From an uncultured Hyphomicrobiales bacterium (lineage in GTDB: Bacteria > Pseudomonadota > Alphaproteobacteria > Rhizobiales > Beijerinckiaceae): a stretch of DNA of 64,000 nt. Below are positions 9,653-22,126 of the stretch, piece by piece. How positions within the stretch are numbered: the first letter of the stretch is position 1; each line of letters opens with the position of its first letter. The notes beneath the pieces were generated by a model, which was not told the origin of the DNA, did not search any database, and saw nothing but the letters and a program-made list of their open reading frames with translations. The stretch spans positions 313,000 through 376,999 of the forward strand of contig CAINED010000013.1 of the NCBI GenBank assembly GCA_903847605.1, written 5' to 3'. The position numbers and the translations under genes were made by a program.

Positions 9653-11041
9653 TCACGTCTCGGCGGTGAGCCGTTCGAGCCAGCGTCTTGCTTGCGCCCG
9701 CACATTATTGGGCGCTGTCCCACCGTAACTCGCCCGGCTCGCGACGGAATTCTCGACACCCAGCACTTCGAAGACGGCCGTAGTGATGCGCGGCTCCACC
9801 GTCTGCATGTCGGCCAGAGAGAGGTCTTCGAGTCCGATCTTACGGTCGGAGGCAAGCTTTACGATCGCGCCGGTCGCATGATGCGCCTGACGGAAGGGAA
9901 GTCCGAGCGTCCTCACCAGCCAGTCCGCGAGGTCCGTCGCGGTGGCGTAGCCGGAGCCGGCGGCAGCGTGCATCCGCTCGAGGTCGGGGGTGAAATCCCC
10001 GATCATCCCGGTCATGGCGGCAATGCAAAGAGACAGCGAGTGAATGGCGTCGAAGCTGCCCTCCTTGTCCTCCTGCATATCCTTGGAATAGGCGAGCGGC
10101 AGGCCCTTCATCACTATCAGCAGACCGTTGAGCGCGCCGATGATCCGCCCGGACTTGCCGCGCACCAGTTCGGCAGCATCCGGATTGCGCTTCTGCGGCA
10201 TGATCGAAGAGCCGGTGGTAAACTTGTCGGATAGGCTGACAAATCCGAATTGAGGGGTCGTCCAGAGGACGAATTCTTCCGCGAATCGCGAAAGGTGAAC
10301 CGCACAAATTGCTGCGGCAGAGAGGGTTTCCAGAACAAAATCGCGATCGCTGACACTGTCGAGCGAATTTGCGGTGGGGCGGTCGAACCCGAGCGATTTG
10401 GCTGTCATCTCCCGATCGATGGGGAAAGAGGTTCCGGCCAGAGCCGCCGCCCCGAGCGGGCACTCGTTCAGCCGGCGGCGGGCATCGGCGAAGCGGCCAC
10501 GGTCGCGACCCAGCATTTCCACATAGGCGAGGAGATGGTGGCCCAGCGTGACCGGCTGGGCGGATTGCAGATGCGTAAAGCCGGGCATGACCGCGCCGGC
10601 GAAAACTTCGGCACGCTCGGCCAGCGCCCACTGCAGACCCTTCAACTGCTGGTCCAGCGAATCGATGGCGTCGCGGATCCACAGGCGGAAATCGAGCGCC
10701 ACCTGATCGTTGCGGGAGCGCGCCGTATGGAGCCGGCCGGCATTCGGGCCCTTCAGCTCGGACAGACGGGATTCCACGTTCATATGGATGTCTTCGAGCG
10801 CCCGCGAGAACGTGAACGTGCCCGCCTCGATTTCGCGCCCGACCTGCTCTAGACCGCTGTCGATGGCGGCGGCGTCCTCGGGCGACACGATTCCAGCCTT
10901 GGCCAGCATGGCGACATGGGCGCGGGAACCGCGTATGTCCTGGGCGGCGAAGCGGTAGTCGAAGCCGATGGAAGCGTTGATCTCCTCCATGATGGCGTCG
11001 GGTGCGCTTTCAAACCGTCCACCCCACATCTTGTTGCTCAT
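9653..11041 (-). CDS. argH: argininosuccinate lyase
   Basis: [13 protein letters not shown]-terminus and fumarate-lyase signature [11 protein letters not shown]. The internal ATG at 11039-11041 is preferred over the listed 11095 start. Confidence 0.95.
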   Translation of the reverse strand: MSNKMWGGRFESAPDAIMEEINASIGFDYRFAAQDIRGSRAHVAMLAKAGIVSPEDAAAIDSGLEQVGREIEAGTFTFSRALEDIHMNVESRLSELKGPNAGRLHTARSRNDQVALDFRLWIRDAIDSLDQQLKGLQWALAERAEVFAGAVMPGFTHLQSAQPVTLGHHLLAYVEMLGRDRGRFADARRRLNECPLGAAALAGTSFPIDREMTAKSLGFDRPTANSLDSVSDRDFVLETLSAAAICAVHLSRFAEEFVLWTTPQFGFVSLSDKFTTGSSIMPQKRNPDAAELVRGKSGRIIGALNGLLIVMKGLPLAYSKDMQEDKEGSFDAIHSLSLCIAAMTGMIGDFTPDLERMHAAAGSGYATATDLADWLVRTLGLPFRQAHHATGAIVKLASDRKIGLEDLSLADMQTVEPRITTAVFEVLGVENSVASRASYGGTAPNNVRAQARRWLERLTAET

Positions 11042-11071
11042 TCGACGCCTCGCATGACCGGAAATTCCTGA

Positions 11072-11746
11072 ATGTCGGACCAGAAGCCTGTTCAAGACCA
11101 GCCGCAGAAAGCGTCATCCGGGAAGACGTGGATCGTTCTCGCGGGCGCCGTGGCCGTGGCTCTGGCCGCGGTCCTATACGGGATGAGCGGGCAGGGCGGC
11201 AAGGAAACCACCACGGCCTGCGCGGCCTCGTCTGCGACAGCCCAGCGTCTGGCGCCACTCGCAAAGGGGCAGCTTGCAGCGCTGAACGTTTCGAAAGCGC
11301 CGAAAATGGCGACGGAAATCGCCTTCGACGGCCCGGCTGGCGAAAAACTCAAATTGTCCGACTTTCGCGGCAAAACGGTCCTGCTGAACCTGTGGGCGAC
11401 CTGGTGCGTGCCCTGCCGTGTCGAAATGCCGGCGCTCGACCGGTTGCAGGGTGAGTTGGGCGGTAAGGCTTTCGAAGTCGTGGCGGTCAATATCGACACG
11501 GCGAGGCTGGAGCGAAGGAAGGCGTTTCTGGACTCGGTCGGCGTCAACAAACTCGCATTTTACACGGATGCGAAAGCTGAGACCTTCCAGACGCTGAGAC
11601 AGGCGGGAAAAGTCATAGGCCTCCCCACGACCATCCTGATCGACGAGAGGGGCTGCGAACTCGGCGTCATGGCCGGTCCGGCGGAATGGGACGGGCCCGA
11701 GGCGCTGGCGCTGTTGCGCGCGGCAATGCCGCAAAAAGCGCCATGA
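11072..11746 (+). CDS. tlpA: thiol:disulfide interchange protein TlpA (membrane-anchored thioredoxin-like)
   Basis: 224 aa. N-terminal membrane anchor and the thioredoxin motif [15 protein letters not shown]. Confidence 0.85.
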   Translation: MSDQKPVQDQPQKASSGKTWIVLAGAVAVALAAVLYGMSGQGGKETTTACAASSATAQRLAPLAKGQLAALNVSKAPKMATEIAFDGPAGEKLKLSDFRGKTVLLNLWATWCVPCRVEMPALDRLQGELGGKAFEVVAVNIDTARLERRKAFLDSVGVNKLAFYTDAKAETFQTLRQAGKVIGLPTTILIDERGCELGVMAGPAEWDGPEALALLRAAMPQKAP

Positions 11747-11919
11747 CCCGCAATCCGGCACAGCTTCGAATTCCCTTAGATATCCGACTCTAGTTGTATC
11801 TGGCAGCCATGCGCGGATGCGCCGTTGCGCCTTGCCGATCCATCCATTAATCAGGCCGCGAAGTTCCCGACCGGGCAAATACCGGTTGAGGACGCAATAT
11901 CCGCACCCCGGGGGGTCCG

Positions 11920-12324
11920 TTGGCAGAAGCTCAAACACCACAACCAAACAAGCGACCGCTCTCGCCGCATCTCCAGATCTACAGCCCGATGCTGACCATG
12001 ATGATGTCGATCACCCATCGCATCACCGGCGCGGGCCTCTATTTCGGCACGCTGCTGCTGGCATGGTGGCTGATCGCGGCGGCGACCGGGCCGTCGGCGT
12101 TCGCAACGGCCAACTGGTTCATGGGTACGATCATCGGCCGTCTGATCCTGTTCGGATTCACCTGGGCGCTCTTCACGCACATGATGGGCGGAATCCGCCA
12201 CATGATCCAGGATACCGGCCGGGCCATGGAGCATCCGCAGCGCGAATATCTCGCGCAACTGACCCTCTGGGGCGGATTGATCCTGACAGCGCTTGTCTGG
12301 ATCGTCGCCTACGTCGTGCGTTGA
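11920..12324 (+). CDS. sdhC: succinate dehydrogenase cytochrome b556 subunit
   Basis: 134 aa. RPLSPHLQIYSP..SITHRITG signature. The listed start is TTG. It is the first gene of the sdhCDAB order. Confidence 0.9.
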   Translation: MAEAQTPQPNKRPLSPHLQIYSPMLTMMMSITHRITGAGLYFGTLLLAWWLIAAATGPSAFATANWFMGTIIGRLILFGFTWALFTHMMGGIRHMIQDTGRAMEHPQREYLAQLTLWGGLILTALVWIVAYVVR

Positions 12325-12336
12325 GGAGACGAGATC

Positions 12337-12732
12337 ATGAACGACCAATCCTCATCGTCGATGCGCACGCCTCTGAGCCGTGTCCGTTATCTTGGCTCGG
12401 CACGATCGGGCACGCGCCACGCCTGGCACATGCGCGTCACGTCCATCGCCCTGCTCGTACTCTCGATCCTGTTTGTCGCGATCATCCTGTCGCTCGTCGG
12501 CAAGGACTACAACACGGTGCGCGCGACGCTCGGCAGTCCGTTGCCGGCGATCATCATCCTCCTATTCCTGCTGTCAGGCATCTATCACATGATGCTCGGC
12601 ATGCAGACGATCATCGAAGACTATGTACATGGCGAGCATTCGAAACACTGGCTCGTCATGCTCAACATGTTCTTCTCCGCCGCTGTCGGGCTCGCCTGCA
12701 TTTACGCAGTGTTGCGCCTGAGCTTCGTTTAA
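12337..12732 (+). CDS. sdhD: succinate dehydrogenase hydrophobic membrane anchor subunit
   Basis: 131 aa with three hydrophobic helices. It sits between sdhC and sdhA. Confidence 0.9.
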   Translation: MNDQSSSSMRTPLSRVRYLGSARSGTRHAWHMRVTSIALLVLSILFVAIILSLVGKDYNTVRATLGSPLPAIIILLFLLSGIYHMMLGMQTIIEDYVHGEHSKHWLVMLNMFFSAAVGLACIYAVLRLSFV

Positions 12733-12771
12733 CTCCGTCGATCATTCACGGCATGTGGAAGAGGGTTCACC

Positions 12772-14604
12772 ATGGCTGAAGCCAATGGTTCGGTGAAGGC
12801 GCCTTCGCAACTCGGCAAGGCCTATCCGATTACAGATCATACGTTCGATGTCGTCGTTGTCGGCGCGGGCGGCGCCGGATTGCGCGCGACGGTGGGCTGT
12901 TCGCAGGAAGGTCTGCGCACCGCCTGCATCTCCAAGGTGTTTCCGACGCGCTCGCATACGGTTGCGGCGCAGGGCGGAATTTCAGCCTCGCTCGGAAACA
13001 TGGGACCGGACGACTGGCGATGGCACATGTACGATACCGTCAAGGGTTCCGACTGGCTCGGCGACCAGGACTGTATCGAATATCTCTGCCGTAACGCGCC
13101 GGCGGCGGTCTATGAACTCGAACACTGGGGCGTGCCTTTCTCCCGCACCAAGGAAGGCAAGATCTATCAGCGCCCGTTCGGCGGCATGACGACCGATTAT
13201 GGCAAGGGCACTGCGCAGCGCACCTGCGCAGCGGCCGACCGCACGGGACATGCGATCTTGCATACGCTCTATGGGCAGGCGCTGCGCAACAACACCGAGT
13301 TCTTCATCGAATATTTCGCCATCGACCTGATCATGGATCAGTCGGGGCGCTGCCTCGGTGTCATCTGCCTGAAGATGGACGACGGCACGATCCATCGCTT
13401 CCGCGCGAACCTGACGATTCTGGCCACCGGCGGTTACGGGCGCGCCTATTTCTCCGCAACTTCGGCGCATACCTGCACCGGCGATGGCAATGCGATGGTG
13501 CTGCGCGCGGGACTGCCGCTCCAGGACATGGAATTTGTGCAGTTCCATCCGACCGGCATTTACGGCTCGGGCTGTCTCATCACGGAAGGCGCGCGCGGCG
13601 AAGGCGGCTATGTCACCAATTCCGCGGGCGAGCGCTTCATGGAGCGCTATGCGCCGTCAGCGAAGGATCTCGCCTCGCGCGATGTCGTCTCTCGCGCCAT
13701 GACGATCGAGATTCGCGAAGGACGCGGCGTCGGCAAGAACGCCGACCATATCTATCTGCATCTCGACCATCTCGATCCGGCGATCCTGCACGAACGTCTG
13801 CCCGGCATTTCGGAAAGCGCGCGCATCTTCGCGGGCGTCGACGTGACGAAGGAGCCGATCCCGGTTCTGCCGACCGTTCACTACAACATGGGCGGCATAC
13901 CCACGAACTATCACGGCGAAGTGCTGACCAAGAAGGGCGGCGATCCCGACTATGTCGTGCCCGGCCTGATGGCGCTCGGCGAAGCGGCCTGCGTCTCCGT
14001 GCATGGCGCGAATCGCCTTGGCTCGAACTCGCTGATCGATCTCGTCGTGTTCGGCCGCGCTGCCGGCCTGCGCGCTGCCGAACTCGTGAAGCCCGGCGAG
14101 AAGCAGGCGGATATGCCTGCCGACTCCGCGGAAATGTCGCTGTCGCGTCTCGATCACTTCCGCTACGCGAAGGGGCCGGCGCCGACTGCCGAATTGCGCA
14201 ACAAGATGCAGACGACCATGCAGTCCAACTGCGCCGTGTTCCGCACCGGCGAAGTGCTCGAAGAGGGCTCGAAGCTCATTCACGAAGTCTGGGAAGGCGC
14301 GAAGGACATCGCGATCACCGACCGTTCGCTGATCTGGAATTCCGATCTCATCGAGACCCTGGAATTCGACAATCTGATCCTGCAGGCGGTTGTTACGATG
14401 GACTCGGCGGTCGAGCGCAAGGAAAGCCGTGGCGCGCATGCGCGCGAAGACTATCCCGATCGCGACGACAAGGAATGGATGAAGCACACGCTGGCGTGGG
14501 CCGATAGCGACACCAAGAAGGTGGCGATCGATTTCCGTCCGGTGCACACCTATACGATGTCGAATGAGATCAGCTACATCGAGCCCAAGGCTCGCGTTTA
14601 CTGA
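12772..14604 (+). CDS. sdhA: succinate dehydrogenase flavoprotein subunit
   Basis: 610 aa. FAD-binding motif [14 protein letters not shown], the covalent-FAD region [10 protein letters not shown], and the C-terminus ...YIEPKARVY. Confidence 0.97.
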   Translation: MAEANGSVKAPSQLGKAYPITDHTFDVVVVGAGGAGLRATVGCSQEGLRTACISKVFPTRSHTVAAQGGISASLGNMGPDDWRWHMYDTVKGSDWLGDQDCIEYLCRNAPAAVYELEHWGVPFSRTKEGKIYQRPFGGMTTDYGKGTAQRTCAAADRTGHAILHTLYGQALRNNTEFFIEYFAIDLIMDQSGRCLGVICLKMDDGTIHRFRANLTILATGGYGRAYFSATSAHTCTGDGNAMVLRAGLPLQDMEFVQFHPTGIYGSGCLITEGARGEGGYVTNSAGERFMERYAPSAKDLASRDVVSRAMTIEIREGRGVGKNADHIYLHLDHLDPAILHERLPGISESARIFAGVDVTKEPIPVLPTVHYNMGGIPTNYHGEVLTKKGGDPDYVVPGLMALGEAACVSVHGANRLGSNSLIDLVVFGRAAGLRAAELVKPGEKQADMPADSAEMSLSRLDHFRYAKGPAPTAELRNKMQTTMQSNCAVFRTGEVLEEGSKLIHEVWEGAKDIAITDRSLIWNSDLIETLEFDNLILQAVVTMDSAVERKESRGAHAREDYPDRDDKEWMKHTLAWADSDTKKVAIDFRPVHTYTMSNEISYIEPKARVY

Positions 14605-14618
14605 TCCGGGGGATTTAC

Positions 14619-15398
14619 ATGGTCGAACTCGCACTGCCCAAAAATTCGCAGATCAAGCCCGGCAAGACCTGGCCCAAGCCTGATGGCGCGAAGAACATTC
14701 GCGAATTCCGCGTCTACAGGTGGAATCCGGATGATGGCCAGAATCCGCATATCGACACCTATTATGTCGACATGGACGATTGCGGTCCGATGGTTCTGGA
14801 CGCGATCATCTACATCAAGAACAAGATCGATCCGACGCTGACCTTCCGCCGCTCCTGCCGCGAAGGCATCTGCGGTTCATGCGCGATGAACATCGACGGG
14901 ACGAATACGCTCGCCTGCACCAAGGACATGTCGACGATCAACGGTGTCGTGAAGATATATCCGCTGCCGCATATGGAAGTGGTGAAGGATCTGGTGCCGG
15001 ACCTGACGCGCTTCTACGCGCAGCATGCGTCCATCGAACCGTGGCTGAAGACCGTCACGCCGCAGCCGGAAAAGGAATGGCGTCAGTCCCACAACGACCG
15101 GCTCAAGCTCGACGGCCTCTATGAGTGCATCCTGTGCGCCTGCTGCTCGACATCCTGCCCGAGCTACTGGTGGAACGGCGACCGTTATCTTGGACCCGCC
15201 GCACTGTTGCAGGCCTATCGCTGGCTGATCGACTCGCGCGACGAATCGACGGGAGAGCGCCTCGACAATCTCGAGGATCCTTTCCGCCTTTATCGCTGTC
15301 ACACGATCATGAACTGCGCGAAGGCCTGTCCAAAGGGCCTGAATCCGGCCAAGGCCATCGCGGAGATTAAGAACATGATGATCTCCCGGCAGGTGTGA
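14619..15398 (+). CDS. sdhB: succinate dehydrogenase iron-sulfur subunit
   Basis: 259 aa with three Fe-S cysteine clusters: [21 protein letters not shown] and [12 protein letters not shown]. Confidence 0.97.
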   Translation: MVELALPKNSQIKPGKTWPKPDGAKNIREFRVYRWNPDDGQNPHIDTYYVDMDDCGPMVLDAIIYIKNKIDPTLTFRRSCREGICGSCAMNIDGTNTLACTKDMSTINGVVKIYPLPHMEVVKDLVPDLTRFYAQHASIEPWLKTVTPQPEKEWRQSHNDRLKLDGLYECILCACCSTSCPSYWWNGDRYLGPAALLQAYRWLIDSRDESTGERLDNLEDPFRLYRCHTIMNCAKACPKGLNPAKAIAEIKNMMISRQV

Positions 15399-15443
15399 TC
15401 CCGAGCGAATGTGATCGTTAACCGACGGTTTCCGATTTTTCTA

Positions 15444-15476
15444 AAGTGCGCCGTGCTCCGGCGCACTTATTTTTTG
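15444..15476 (+). terminator. intrinsic terminator after sdhB
   Basis: AAGTGCGCCG-5 nt-CGGCGCACTT is a perfect 10-bp stem followed by ATTTTTT. It lies 46 nt after the sdhB stop. Confidence 0.75.
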
Positions 15477-15520
15477 TAACTGGGCATTACCCTTCCCGAA
15501 TTATTACGGAGGGCTTTGCC

Positions 15521-16036
15521 ATGCATATCGTCCTTGGCTTTCTTGCGGTGCTCGGCGCCGCAGCATTCTGGATCTATCGCCTGCGTGATGCAGGCCGCGC
15601 CGTCGGCGAAGTTGTCGATACGGCAGAGCGCGTGCGCGGATTCTGGCGGCGAAAGAAATTTCTGGCGAAGGCGGAAGGTTCCGTGATCACGGCCATCGAC
15701 GATCCCGTGATTGGCGCTGGCGTGATGATGATCGCCGTTGCAGGCGTTCGCGGCCCGATTTCCGACAAAGCTATGGCCGTGATCCGTCAGCAATACCAGT
15801 CAATTGCAGACAAGGATCCGGCGGAAGATCTGACTTTCGCCAGATGGGCGGTGGATCAGTCGCCCGATCCCGACAACATTTCGCTCAAACTGGCTTCGCT
15901 CTGGAATTCGTCTCTGAATGCCGAGCAGAAGCGCGAATTCGTGAACATGGTAATGGCGGTTGTGGAAGCGGACGGGCCACCGCTGCCCGGGCAGGCCGCG
16001 ACGATTCGAAAGTTGCGCGAGCGCCTTTCCGTCTAA
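15521..16036 (+). CDS. membrane-anchored protein of unknown function (possibly TerB/DjlA-N-like helical domain)
   Basis: 171 aa from the ATG at 15521, which is preceded by ACGGAGGG. One N-terminal helix (IVLGFLAVLGAAAFWIY) is followed by a soluble helical domain. The family assignment is tentative. Confidence 0.55.
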   Translation: MHIVLGFLAVLGAAAFWIYRLRDAGRAVGEVVDTAERVRGFWRRKKFLAKAEGSVITAIDDPVIGAGVMMIAVAGVRGPISDKAMAVIRQQYQSIADKDPAEDLTFARWAVDQSPDPDNISLKLASLWNSSLNAEQKREFVNMVMAVVEADGPPLPGQAATIRKLRERLSV

Positions 16037-16040
16037 CGCT

Positions 16041-16643
16041 TCAGGAGCGGAGACTCTTTATCGCTCCAAAACGTCGGCTCTGAAAATCCAGCGCGGCAAT
16101 CGAGATCGACGAGGCATTGTCGAAAGCCTGATTCCAGAGCGTCACCGCGTTCGGCAATTCCGGCGCGATGCGGGCCGCCGACTCGCTTTGATCGGTGGTG
16201 ATTTCGGCCCCGCTGCTCAGGGCAATGCGGCGCATCGGCCGGTTGCTGGTGAGAAACGACAGATAAAGCGTCTTGCAGCAACGCACTCGCGCCGCCCGCG
16301 TGACGAGTCGCATCAGTTCCCCGCCAATTCCGTTGTTCTGATAGGCGGGGTCGACGCTGAACGCCGCCTCCATTTCGCCGCCGATGCCAAAGAGGCGCTG
16401 CGGGTTGACAGGCCGTAACTCGCCAAGACCGCGCAGTTCGTTCTCAAGGAAAAATCCGTAGAGGACATTTTCGGCGGCTATGGCGCGCTCGGCATAGCGG
16501 CCTACGAAATCGTCTGACACGCCCATACCGAATCGGCTGTGCCGACTCTCCGGCGGGAGACGCATGAAATGGTCGCGGATTGCCTCTGCGTCATTGGACC
16601 AAAGACGCCGATAAACGCCTGAAATACCGACAGACTGACCCAT
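16041..16643 (-). CDS. GNAT family N-acetyltransferase
   Basis: 200 aa with the acetyl-CoA binding motif YQNNGIGGELMRLV (Q/R-x-x-G-x-G/A). Confidence 0.8.
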   Translation of the reverse strand: MGQSVGISGVYRRLWSNDAEAIRDHFMRLPPESRHSRFGMGVSDDFVGRYAERAIAAENVLYGFFLENELRGLGELRPVNPQRLFGIGGEMEAAFSVDPAYQNNGIGGELMRLVTRAARVRCCKTLYLSFLTSNRPMRRIALSSGAEITTDQSESAARIAPELPNAVTLWNQAFDNASSISIAALDFQSRRFGAIKSLRS

Positions 16644-16800
16644 TCTGGCCTCCTGCGGCTCGGGGTGAAATCCGTTTCGTTCGGATAAGAACTATCGCAT
16701 CGCAACATGACGATATTGCGGCGCAACAAACCGAAACCGCAAGGCGAAATTTTGCGCAACGAAAGGGTGTGGGATTCAATGGCTTGCGCGAAATGGTGGC

Positions 16801-18015
16801 TTGCCGGTAAAGCCAGCGCGGTTCAGCCACGGTCTCAAAGTGCCCAATCCCGTCTTGTCCGCTTACGAATCGCTTGCCGCCAAGGGTGTGATCGAACGCG
16901 ATCCGGCCCAGGTCGAGGTTGTGCGCAAGTTCGACAAGCTTGTCGAAGACCTCGGCGAGCATCGTCTCGCCCGCAAGTCGAGCGCGTTGGGGTGGCTATT
17001 CGCGGCGCGCAAAACGACGCCCTTTCTTAAAGGCTATTATGTCTGGGGTTCGGTCGGGCGGGGCAAGACCATGCTCATGGATCTCTTCTTCGAAGCCGCC
17101 ACCGTCCAGCGCAAACGGCGCGTGCACTTTCACGCCTTCATGGGCGAGGTTCACGTGCGGATTCACGACTGGCGGCAGAAGAAAAAAAACGGGCAGGTCA
17201 AAGGCGAAGATCCCATCGCGCCGATTGCCGAGGCCATGGCGAACGAAGCGTGGCTTCTCTGCTTCGACGAATTCGCCGTGACCGACATTGCCGATGCCAT
17301 GATTTTAGGGCGGCTCTTTACGGCGCTGTTTGCGCATGGCGTCGTAGTCGTTGCGACTTCGAATGTCGAACCGTCGCGTCTCTACGAGGGTGGACTCAAT
17401 CGCGCGCTGTTCCTGCCCTTCATCGCGCTTTTGCGCGAGAGAACGGAGGTCATCAATCTCAATTCGCGCACGGACTTCCGGCTTGAGAAGCTGAGCGGTT
17501 CGAGAGTTTATCACGTCCCGGCCGATGCGGCGGCGCGGGCAGCGATGGATGCGATGTTCCTGTCTCTGACGGGTGTCGAAAAGGGCTCGTTGCAAAAGGT
17601 CGAAGTGCTTGGCCGTCATGTCGAAGTGCCGCAAGCGCATGCAAATGTCGCTCGCTTCGGTTTCGATGATCTGTGCCGAAAACCGCTGGCTGCCAACGAT
17701 TATCTTGCCATCGCGGACGAATTCGACACGATTTTCATCGACGATATTCCGCAGATCAAGGCACATGAACGCAACGAGGCCAAGCGCTTCATCAACCTCA
17801 TCGATACGCTCTACGATCGTCGGGTGAAGCTGATTGCATCTGCTGCAGCCGAGCCGCACGAACTTTATCTGGCAACGGAAGGCAAGGAAGTGTTCGAATT
17901 CGATCGCACGTCGTCGCGGCTGATCGAAATGCGCTCGATGGAATATCTCGCTTCGCCGCACGGCGATGCGGAATCAAAGGCATCCGGCGATACGACCGGG
18001 CTCGTCGAAACCTGA
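16801..18015 (+). CDS. zapE: AFG1/ZapE family ATPase
   Basis: 404 aa. Walker A WGSVGRGKTMLMD and Walker B LLCFDEF. The listed start is TTG; a GTG at 16840 is an alternative. Confidence 0.9.
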   Translation: MPVKPARFSHGLKVPNPVLSAYESLAAKGVIERDPAQVEVVRKFDKLVEDLGEHRLARKSSALGWLFAARKTTPFLKGYYVWGSVGRGKTMLMDLFFEAATVQRKRRVHFHAFMGEVHVRIHDWRQKKKNGQVKGEDPIAPIAEAMANEAWLLCFDEFAVTDIADAMILGRLFTALFAHGVVVVATSNVEPSRLYEGGLNRALFLPFIALLRERTEVINLNSRTDFRLEKLSGSRVYHVPADAAARAAMDAMFLSLTGVEKGSLQKVEVLGRHVEVPQAHANVARFGFDDLCRKPLAANDYLAIADEFDTIFIDDIPQIKAHERNEAKRFINLIDTLYDRRVKLIASAAAEPHELYLATEGKEVFEFDRTSSRLIEMRSMEYLASPHGDAESKASGDTTGLVET

Positions 18016-18022
18016 GTGCGCC

Positions 18023-18637
18023 ATGGGGAAAGCGCCGCACATAGAAGCTCCGGAACGGCGCATTCTCGACATGGCGGCAACCCATATCCGCCGCTTCGGT
18101 CTGCGCCGCACGACAGTCGTCGCGATCGCCGACGAAGCCGGCATGTCGCATGCGAATGTCTATCGCTACTTCCCCTCGAAACAGGCCTTGCTCGAAGCCG
18201 TCACGGATTACTGGCTGAAGCCGATTGAAGCGGAAGTTCGCGAGATCGGCGACGGGCCCGATCCTGCCTACGATAAGCTCGAGCGTATCATTGGTGCGGT
18301 GCATTCGGCCTATCGCAACAAGCTGGAGGCCGATCCGCACCTCTTCGCGGTTTTCGTGGACGCAGCCGACAAGGGTCTGGCTCTCGCGCGCCGCCATCGC
18401 AATCGCCTGCAGGGCGAACTTCAGCGCGTCCTTGAGGATGGAATGTCCGCCGGAACTTTTGCGCAGGCAGACCAGCGGCGGGCGCTGGCGCTGATCTTCG
18501 ACTGCCTGCACCGCTTCATCCATCCGGTCGCAGTCCGGATGGACGCAGATGTTCCACGAGGGCAATATGACGCCCGTTTCGAGCGTGTCCTGAGACTCAC
18601 TATGTCGGGGCTCACGCGCGGAAGATCGTATGAATAG
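18023..18637 (+). CDS. TetR/AcrR family transcriptional regulator
   Basis: N-terminal HTH region ILDMAATHIRRFGLRRTTVVAIADEAGMSHANVYRYFPSK. The internal ATG at 18023 is preferred because it avoids overlap with zapE. Confidence 0.85.
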   Translation: MGKAPHIEAPERRILDMAATHIRRFGLRRTTVVAIADEAGMSHANVYRYFPSKQALLEAVTDYWLKPIEAEVREIGDGPDPAYDKLERIIGAVHSAYRNKLEADPHLFAVFVDAADKGLALARRHRNRLQGELQRVLEDGMSAGTFAQADQRRALALIFDCLHRFIHPVAVRMDADVPRGQYDARFERVLRLTMSGLTRGRSYE

Positions 18638-19864
<1,227 letters not shown>

Positions 19865-19873
19865 TCCGATAGA

Positions 19874-19896
19874 GCCGCCGCCTTAGTGGCGGCGGC
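19874..19896 (+). promoter_or_regulatory. intercistronic GC stem-loop between mdh and sucC
   Basis: GCCGCCGCC-TTAGT-GGCGGCGGC is a perfect 9-bp stem with no T-tract after it. Confidence 0.4.
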
Positions 19897-19951
19897 ATTC
19901 CTGTGCGAGCGTGACGCTCGAAACTTCCGCGCCAAAAGGTGAGACTTCCGC

Positions 19952-21148
19952 ATGAACATTCATGAATATCAGGGCAAGGCCGTTCTCAAGGAATATGGCG
20001 CGCCGGTATCGGCAGGTTTTCCGGCGCTGACGGTGGCCGAAGCTGTCGAAGCCGCCAAAAAGCTGCCGGGCCCGCTCTATGTCGTAAAGAGCCAGATTCA
20101 TGCAGGCGGGCGCGGCAAGGGCAAGTTCAAGGAACTTGCTGCCGATGCGAAGGGTGGCGTGCGCCTCGCCAAGAGCGTTGCGGAAGTCGAAGCGCATGCC
20201 AAGGAAATGCTCGGCAATACGCTGGTCACGATCCAGACGGGGCCGAGCGGCAAGCAGGTGAATCGACTCTATATCGAAGACGGTTCCGACATCGCCAAGG
20301 AATTCTATCTTTCGATCCTCGTCGACCGCGCAACTTCCTGCGTGTCGTTCGTCGTCTCGACGGAAGGCGGCATGGACATCGAGGCGGTAGCGCATGACAC
20401 GCCGGAAAAGATCATCACATTCCCGGTCGATCCCGCGACGGGAATCATGCCGCATCACGGCCGCACCGTTGCCAAGGCGTTGCAGCTGACGGGCGACGCC
20501 GCCAAGCAGGCCGGCCCGCTGATCGGAAAGCTCTACAAGGCCTTCGTCGAGAAGGACATGGCGATGCTCGAGATCAACCCGCTGATCCTGACGACGCAGG
20601 GCCAGCTCAAGTGCCTCGACGCCAAAGTGTCCTTCGACTCGAATGCGCTGTTCCGCCAGGCCGACGTGATGGCGCTGCGCGACGAGACCGAAGAAGACAA
20701 GGCGGAACTCGAAGCCTCAAAATACGATCTCAACTACATCACGCTCGATGGCACGATCGGCTGCATGGTCAACGGCGCAGGCCTCGCCATGGCGACGATG
20801 GACATCATCAAGCTCTATGGCGAATCGCCCGCGAACTTTCTCGATGTGGGCGGTAGCGCCACCAAGGAGAAGGTTACGGCGGCCTTCAAGATCATCACCA
20901 GCGATCCCAGCGTAAAGGGAATCCTCATCAACATCTTCGGCGGCATCATGCGTTGCGACATCATCGCCGAAGGCGTGATCGCGGCGGTGAAGGAAGTCGG
21001 CCTGAAGGTGCCGCTGGTGGTGCGCCTCGAAGGCACCAATGTCGATCTCGGCAAGAAAATCATCGGGGAATCCGGCCTCAACGTGATTCCCGCCGACGAT
21101 CTCGACGACGCTGCCCAGAAGATCGTCAAGGCCGTGAAGGGCAGTTAA
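19952..21148 (+). CDS. sucC: succinyl-CoA synthetase (ADP-forming) subunit beta
   Basis: 398 aa with the [17 protein letters not shown]-terminus typical of SucC. Confidence 0.97.
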   Translation: MNIHEYQGKAVLKEYGAPVSAGFPALTVAEAVEAAKKLPGPLYVVKSQIHAGGRGKGKFKELAADAKGGVRLAKSVAEVEAHAKEMLGNTLVTIQTGPSGKQVNRLYIEDGSDIAKEFYLSILVDRATSCVSFVVSTEGGMDIEAVAHDTPEKIITFPVDPATGIMPHHGRTVAKALQLTGDAAKQAGPLIGKLYKAFVEKDMAMLEINPLILTTQGQLKCLDAKVSFDSNALFRQADVMALRDETEEDKAELEASKYDLNYITLDGTIGCMVNGAGLAMATMDIIKLYGESPANFLDVGGSATKEKVTAAFKIITSDPSVKGILINIFGGIMRCDIIAEGVIAAVKEVGLKVPLVVRLEGTNVDLGKKIIGESGLNVIPADDLDDAAQKIVKAVKGS

Positions 21149-21203
21149 GCCGTTCGCACCCGTAACGTCCTCTCATTTCAGATTAGCGAAAACAGGAACG
21201 CGC

Positions 21204-22088
21204 ATGTCCATCCTGATCGACAAGAACACCAAGGTCATCTGCCAGGGCTTCACCGGCAAGAACGGCACTTTCCATTCCGAGCAGGCCGTCGCTTACGGCA
21301 CGAAGATGGTCGGCGGCACATCGCCCGGCAAGGGCGGATCCAAGCATCTGAATCTGCCGGTCTTCGACACCGTTGCCGAAGCGAAGGAAGCAACGGGCTG
21401 CGACGCGTCGGTGATTTATGTGCCGCCGCCGGGCGCCGCCGACGCGATCCTCGAGTCTATCGCCTGCGAGATTCCGCTGATCGTCTGCATCACCGAAGGC
21501 ATTCCGGTTTCGGACATGATCAAGGTGAAGCGCGCCCTGTGCGGTTCGAAGTCCCGCCTGATCGGCCCAAACTGCCCCGGCGTCATGACGGCAGGCGAAT
21601 GCAAGATCGGTATCATGCCCGGTTCGATCTTCAAGCCCGGCAAGGTCGGCATCGTCTCGCGCTCGGGCACGCTCACCTACGAAGCCGTGTTCCAGACGAC
21701 GCGTGAAGGCCTCGGCCAGACCTCGGCTGTCGGCATTGGCGGCGACCCCGTAAAGGGCACAGAGTTCATCGACGTGCTGGAGATGTTCCTCGCCGACAAG
21801 CAGACCGAAGCGATCATCATGATCGGCGAAATCGGCGGCTCCGCGGAAGAAGACGCCGCGCAATTCCTCATCGACGAAGCCAAGCGTGGGCGCAAGAAGC
21901 CAATGGTTGGTTTCATCGCGGGACGCACGGCGCCTCCGGGACGTCGTATGGGACATGCTGGCGCCATCATTTCAGGCGGTAAGGGTGGCGCGGAAGACAA
22001 GATCGCCGCGATGGAAGCAGCGGGCATCCGCGTGTCTCCCTCGCCTGCGCGTCTTGGCAAGACTCTCGCTGAAGTTCTCAAGGGCTGA
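21204..22088 (+). CDS. sucD: succinyl-CoA synthetase subunit alpha
   Basis: 294 aa. [21 protein letters not shown], and the phosphohistidine loop [10 protein letters not shown]. Confidence 0.97.
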   Translation: MSILIDKNTKVICQGFTGKNGTFHSEQAVAYGTKMVGGTSPGKGGSKHLNLPVFDTVAEAKEATGCDASVIYVPPPGAADAILESIACEIPLIVCITEGIPVSDMIKVKRALCGSKSRLIGPNCPGVMTAGECKIGIMPGSIFKPGKVGIVSRSGTLTYEAVFQTTREGLGQTSAVGIGGDPVKGTEFIDVLEMFLADKQTEAIIMIGEIGGSAEEDAAQFLIDEAKRGRKKPMVGFIAGRTAPPGRRMGHAGAIISGGKGGAEDKIAAMEAAGIRVSPSPARLGKTLAEVLKG

Positions 22089-22126
22089 TCGCCGCTTGGT
22101 TGATAGCGTTAATCGAAGGTGAGCTG

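Noticed and set aside
17182-17189. A8 homopolymer inside zapE (AAG AAA AAA AAC), considered as a slippage or phase-variation site
   Set aside because: It encodes an in-frame KKKN stretch in a housekeeping gene. It is a single short run, and no alternative frame yields a plausible product.
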